From NCBI GenBank assembly GCA_028534125.1, contig CM052816.1:99388001-99452000 (forward strand): a stretch of 64,000 nucleotides of DNA, written 5' to 3'. Made by a program: the position numbers and the translations under genes. Below, in pieces: positions 61,361 to 64,000 of the stretch (its first letter is position 1; every line of letters starts with the position of its first letter). The notes beneath the pieces are model-generated. The model did no database searches and was not told the origin of the DNA. It was given only the letters and a program-made list of their open reading frames with translations. Source of the stretch: Lama glama (Eukaryota).

Positions 61361-64000
61361 CTGCGTAAACCTTTTAGATGAAGCACACGCGTACTGGCTT
61401 TTGCAGGGGATGCACCTAGAAAGGGGGTCTCTGGATCTTGGTTAGCATCAGTAGACTCCATCGTACAATTCTCCCAAGTGGTCTTCCAGTTCACACTCCA
61501 ACAGGCAGTGCATGAGAGTTCTACTCACACCACATGCTCATAAACACATATTTATTTATTTGTGTGTTTATTTTTAACATTATTGGGTTATGTACTGGTG
61601 TGTCTTTATAATTTTAATTTGCATCTCCGATGACTAACATAATTACATCTTTTAGCAGTCAGCTGGAAGGCTTCTTGTGAGTTGTGATTATTACATTTCT
61701 TATCCGTGTTGAGTTAGGTATTCTGTCCTTTTCTTATTGAGGTTATGTGAGACATTTATCAAATATGTGTATTTCAGATGCCTTCTCCCACTCTCCGCCT
61801 TGCCTTTTTCTCTCTTAATGATGTCATTTGATGAGCAGAAGCCTTTTTCGTCTGTTTCAGTATTCTCATCTATGAAATGATCAATGTGCTCTTGCTTCTA
61901 ACTCTCTAAATATGACAACAATCAATCTTATAATCCATATGAAGTACTTTAAGATACTATTAAGAGAAACCCCAGTAATCAGTGAAGATTCCCTCAACCT
62001 GAATCTGATGCTTGGCTCTCCCTTCGTTTGGCCACTGGCTCTCAGTGGTCTCCGTTTTTAATTCTGTCATCATTTTTCTTTCGATGTCTTCAAAGATGTC
62101 GTCTTTCTGTTGTTAACGCTTAAATAAGAAAGGCTCAGATGGGCTGTTTCTCTTCCCTAAAATAATGGAGCACATTGTTAATGTGTAAAATATGGCAAGT
62201 GTTATTTTCTGCAACAGCTGCCGAAGTCAGAACTACCCCGACTCCCCTTCTAGTACGTCTTGTTGTTTGCATTTTAAGTTGTGTATTTACCTACATAAAT
62301 CATAGCCCAGGCATTGTGTGTCTCTTGAGTAACTTTTATCATAAAGTCTTAAAAATGGATGTATGGGGAGGGCAATTTACTGTTTGTTTGGATTTTTGCA
62401 GACTCTCAGCAGGTTCAAGGATCTGGAAAGTTTTTTTTAGAACATTTCTGAGGGTGAAATAGAAAGCAACTTTTATAGCTCTGCAAAATAGGATTCCCTG
62501 CCGGCTGAAAACATCCTTAAAACCCTCCTGCAGCTTCCATAAAACACTTTATTTAGCTATTCCTTGCATTTTGAATACATTTAATCTTTGGGGACATAAT
62601 TTATTTGTGGAAAATATATTTTTACTTTATATTGTGCTTTTAATACTGTGCTTTTTACCACTTTACAAGATGTTCTTATATGGATCTTTAATTTCATTTG
62701 CTCTAATACAAATTTATCGGTGCTCTGCATGGGACTTTTTTCCAGTTTTTCTATGTCAAAAAAATCTGTGAAGAAACAATGAGTGAGAGATTTGTGTCTG
62801 TCATCAAGCGAAATATAAATCACACATTCCTACTGTTCCTGATGTTAGATCTGAAAGATGTATAGATTATGATGATTTGGTGTTGGAAATATTAGAAAAA
62901 CACTGCTCAAGAAAAATTGCCTTTTTTTTTTCTTTGAGACTTTTGGCAGCTAGGGCAGAGACCTATTCTGGATGGTTGACATTGTTGTCAGTAGAGTTTT
63001 GATGGGGCTTCTGGAATCTTCATCAAGGGTCCCAATTCAGGTAATATAAACAAAGCATTACCCTTGGTGTCCTCTGAGAAGCAGGGTGGGGGAGGTTCGG
63101 AGAACAGTGTTGATCTTTTGCTGTACATAATTCTCCAGATTTGCTTTCCTTAGGACAAGTCTATGCTCTTTTTATTTTTTTTAATAAAGACAAAAAGAAC
63201 ACAGTAATCCCTGTGACCATTGTATAAGAAACCCTGTCGCTCGCTGGGTCAGCGGCAGAGCAGCACGTGCCAGAGGCAGGGACTCTGCTAAGGGGCTGCT
63301 GGGGCTGCACGTGGATTATGGAGTCAAAACACACCCAAGACTGAAAGCATGCTGAGAAACTCCACTAAATGCTTCTTTCTGCAGGCTGGAGGTTGCGACC
63401 CAGCGTCTCCAGGAATATATTGAAAAGTTAAGTGACCGTCTCAGGAATGGCATTAGGCAAGTTTGCAGAGAGAGGTGACCACGGGCTCTGAATCTCTCCA
63501 GTTGAAGGCAGTCACCCTCCCCGTGCATCCACGGACGCCATTCCATGGGAGTGGAAGCCCTGTCTGCCGTGTGCTCGTCCAAACGTAAGCACCTTTTAAA
63601 GCGAAGGAAGCATCTCGCAGGATGGCACGTGGGGTCCCAGGCGGTCAGGCAGGGACCCCGCCTGGCGGTCCCCCGTGTCGCTGGCCCACGTGCCCCACTG
63701 GCGAGCCCTGGTCAGAGCCCGCGTCTTCCCTAGGCTGAGGCAGGGGGCCGAGGCGGGTTTATTCTGAAGGGGAGCAATACAGCTATTTCTTCTTTCGGTC
63801 CCAAAAGAGGCACAGCCAATTGTAGGACGAGTCAGATGGTCCTCACGTTTCCCAATGACGTTTCTCTGTGTGTCTGTCAGGGCCGGCTTGAAGACGCCCT
63901 TGTCTGCTCAGGTGAGGCCCATCAAGACCAACCGTGCTCAGTAAGTACCAAGAAAAGGTCAGGTGGACGACGCCAGCCCTGGGGTTGGGCTGAGGAGCCG

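Larger units (their letters stand above)
60240..61880 (-). mobile_element. Ancient L1M fragment split by a younger L1
   Basis: tctgacctctgatcacatagattagtt...ttggacatttgggttgcttcc...gctgctgtgaacattctt, then resumes after about 61360 (cacactccaacaggcagtgcatgagagtt...ttttaatttgcat...tttgatgagcagaag). Confidence 0.75.

Noticed and set aside
63386..63478. Helical-looking peptide LEVATQRLQEYIEKLSDRLRNGIRQVCRER
   Set aside because: Only 30 codons, no start or linked coding exon, and not recognised.
1..64000. CRISPR arrays, operons or other prokaryotic/viral systems
   Set aside because: No regularly spaced repeats or gene-dense coding segments; the sequence is uniformly mammalian with typical interspersed repeats.

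Overview
Mammalian genomic DNA, most likely from a camelid (alpaca, llama or camel), judged from Vic-1-like tRNA-derived SINEs and cetartiodactyl-type L1 3' ends. I cannot support any intact protein-coding gene. The only ORFs with recognisable homology are L1 ORF2 C-terminal remnants; the rest look like chance frames. The window is mostly intergenic or intronic, with interspersed repeats (young and old L1, L2, MIR, MaLR/ERVL LTRs, hAT DNA transposons) and microsatellites. It has one clear CpG island at about 47.5-48.4 kb with promoter motifs and a minus-strand splice donor, a smaller CpG patch at about 1.7-2.15 kb, and several repeat-free motif-rich blocks that may be enhancers. The most unusual structures are a MaLR provirus with an MLT1A LTR at one end and an MLT2 LTR at the other inside one apparent target-site duplication (TSD), two L1s sharing a triplicated target site, a twin-primed L1, an LTR absorbed into the CpG island, and a chain of palindromes in the putative first exon. 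I found no convincing novel biological system. Repeat family names come from remembered consensus sequences, not a search, and most boundaries are approximate.
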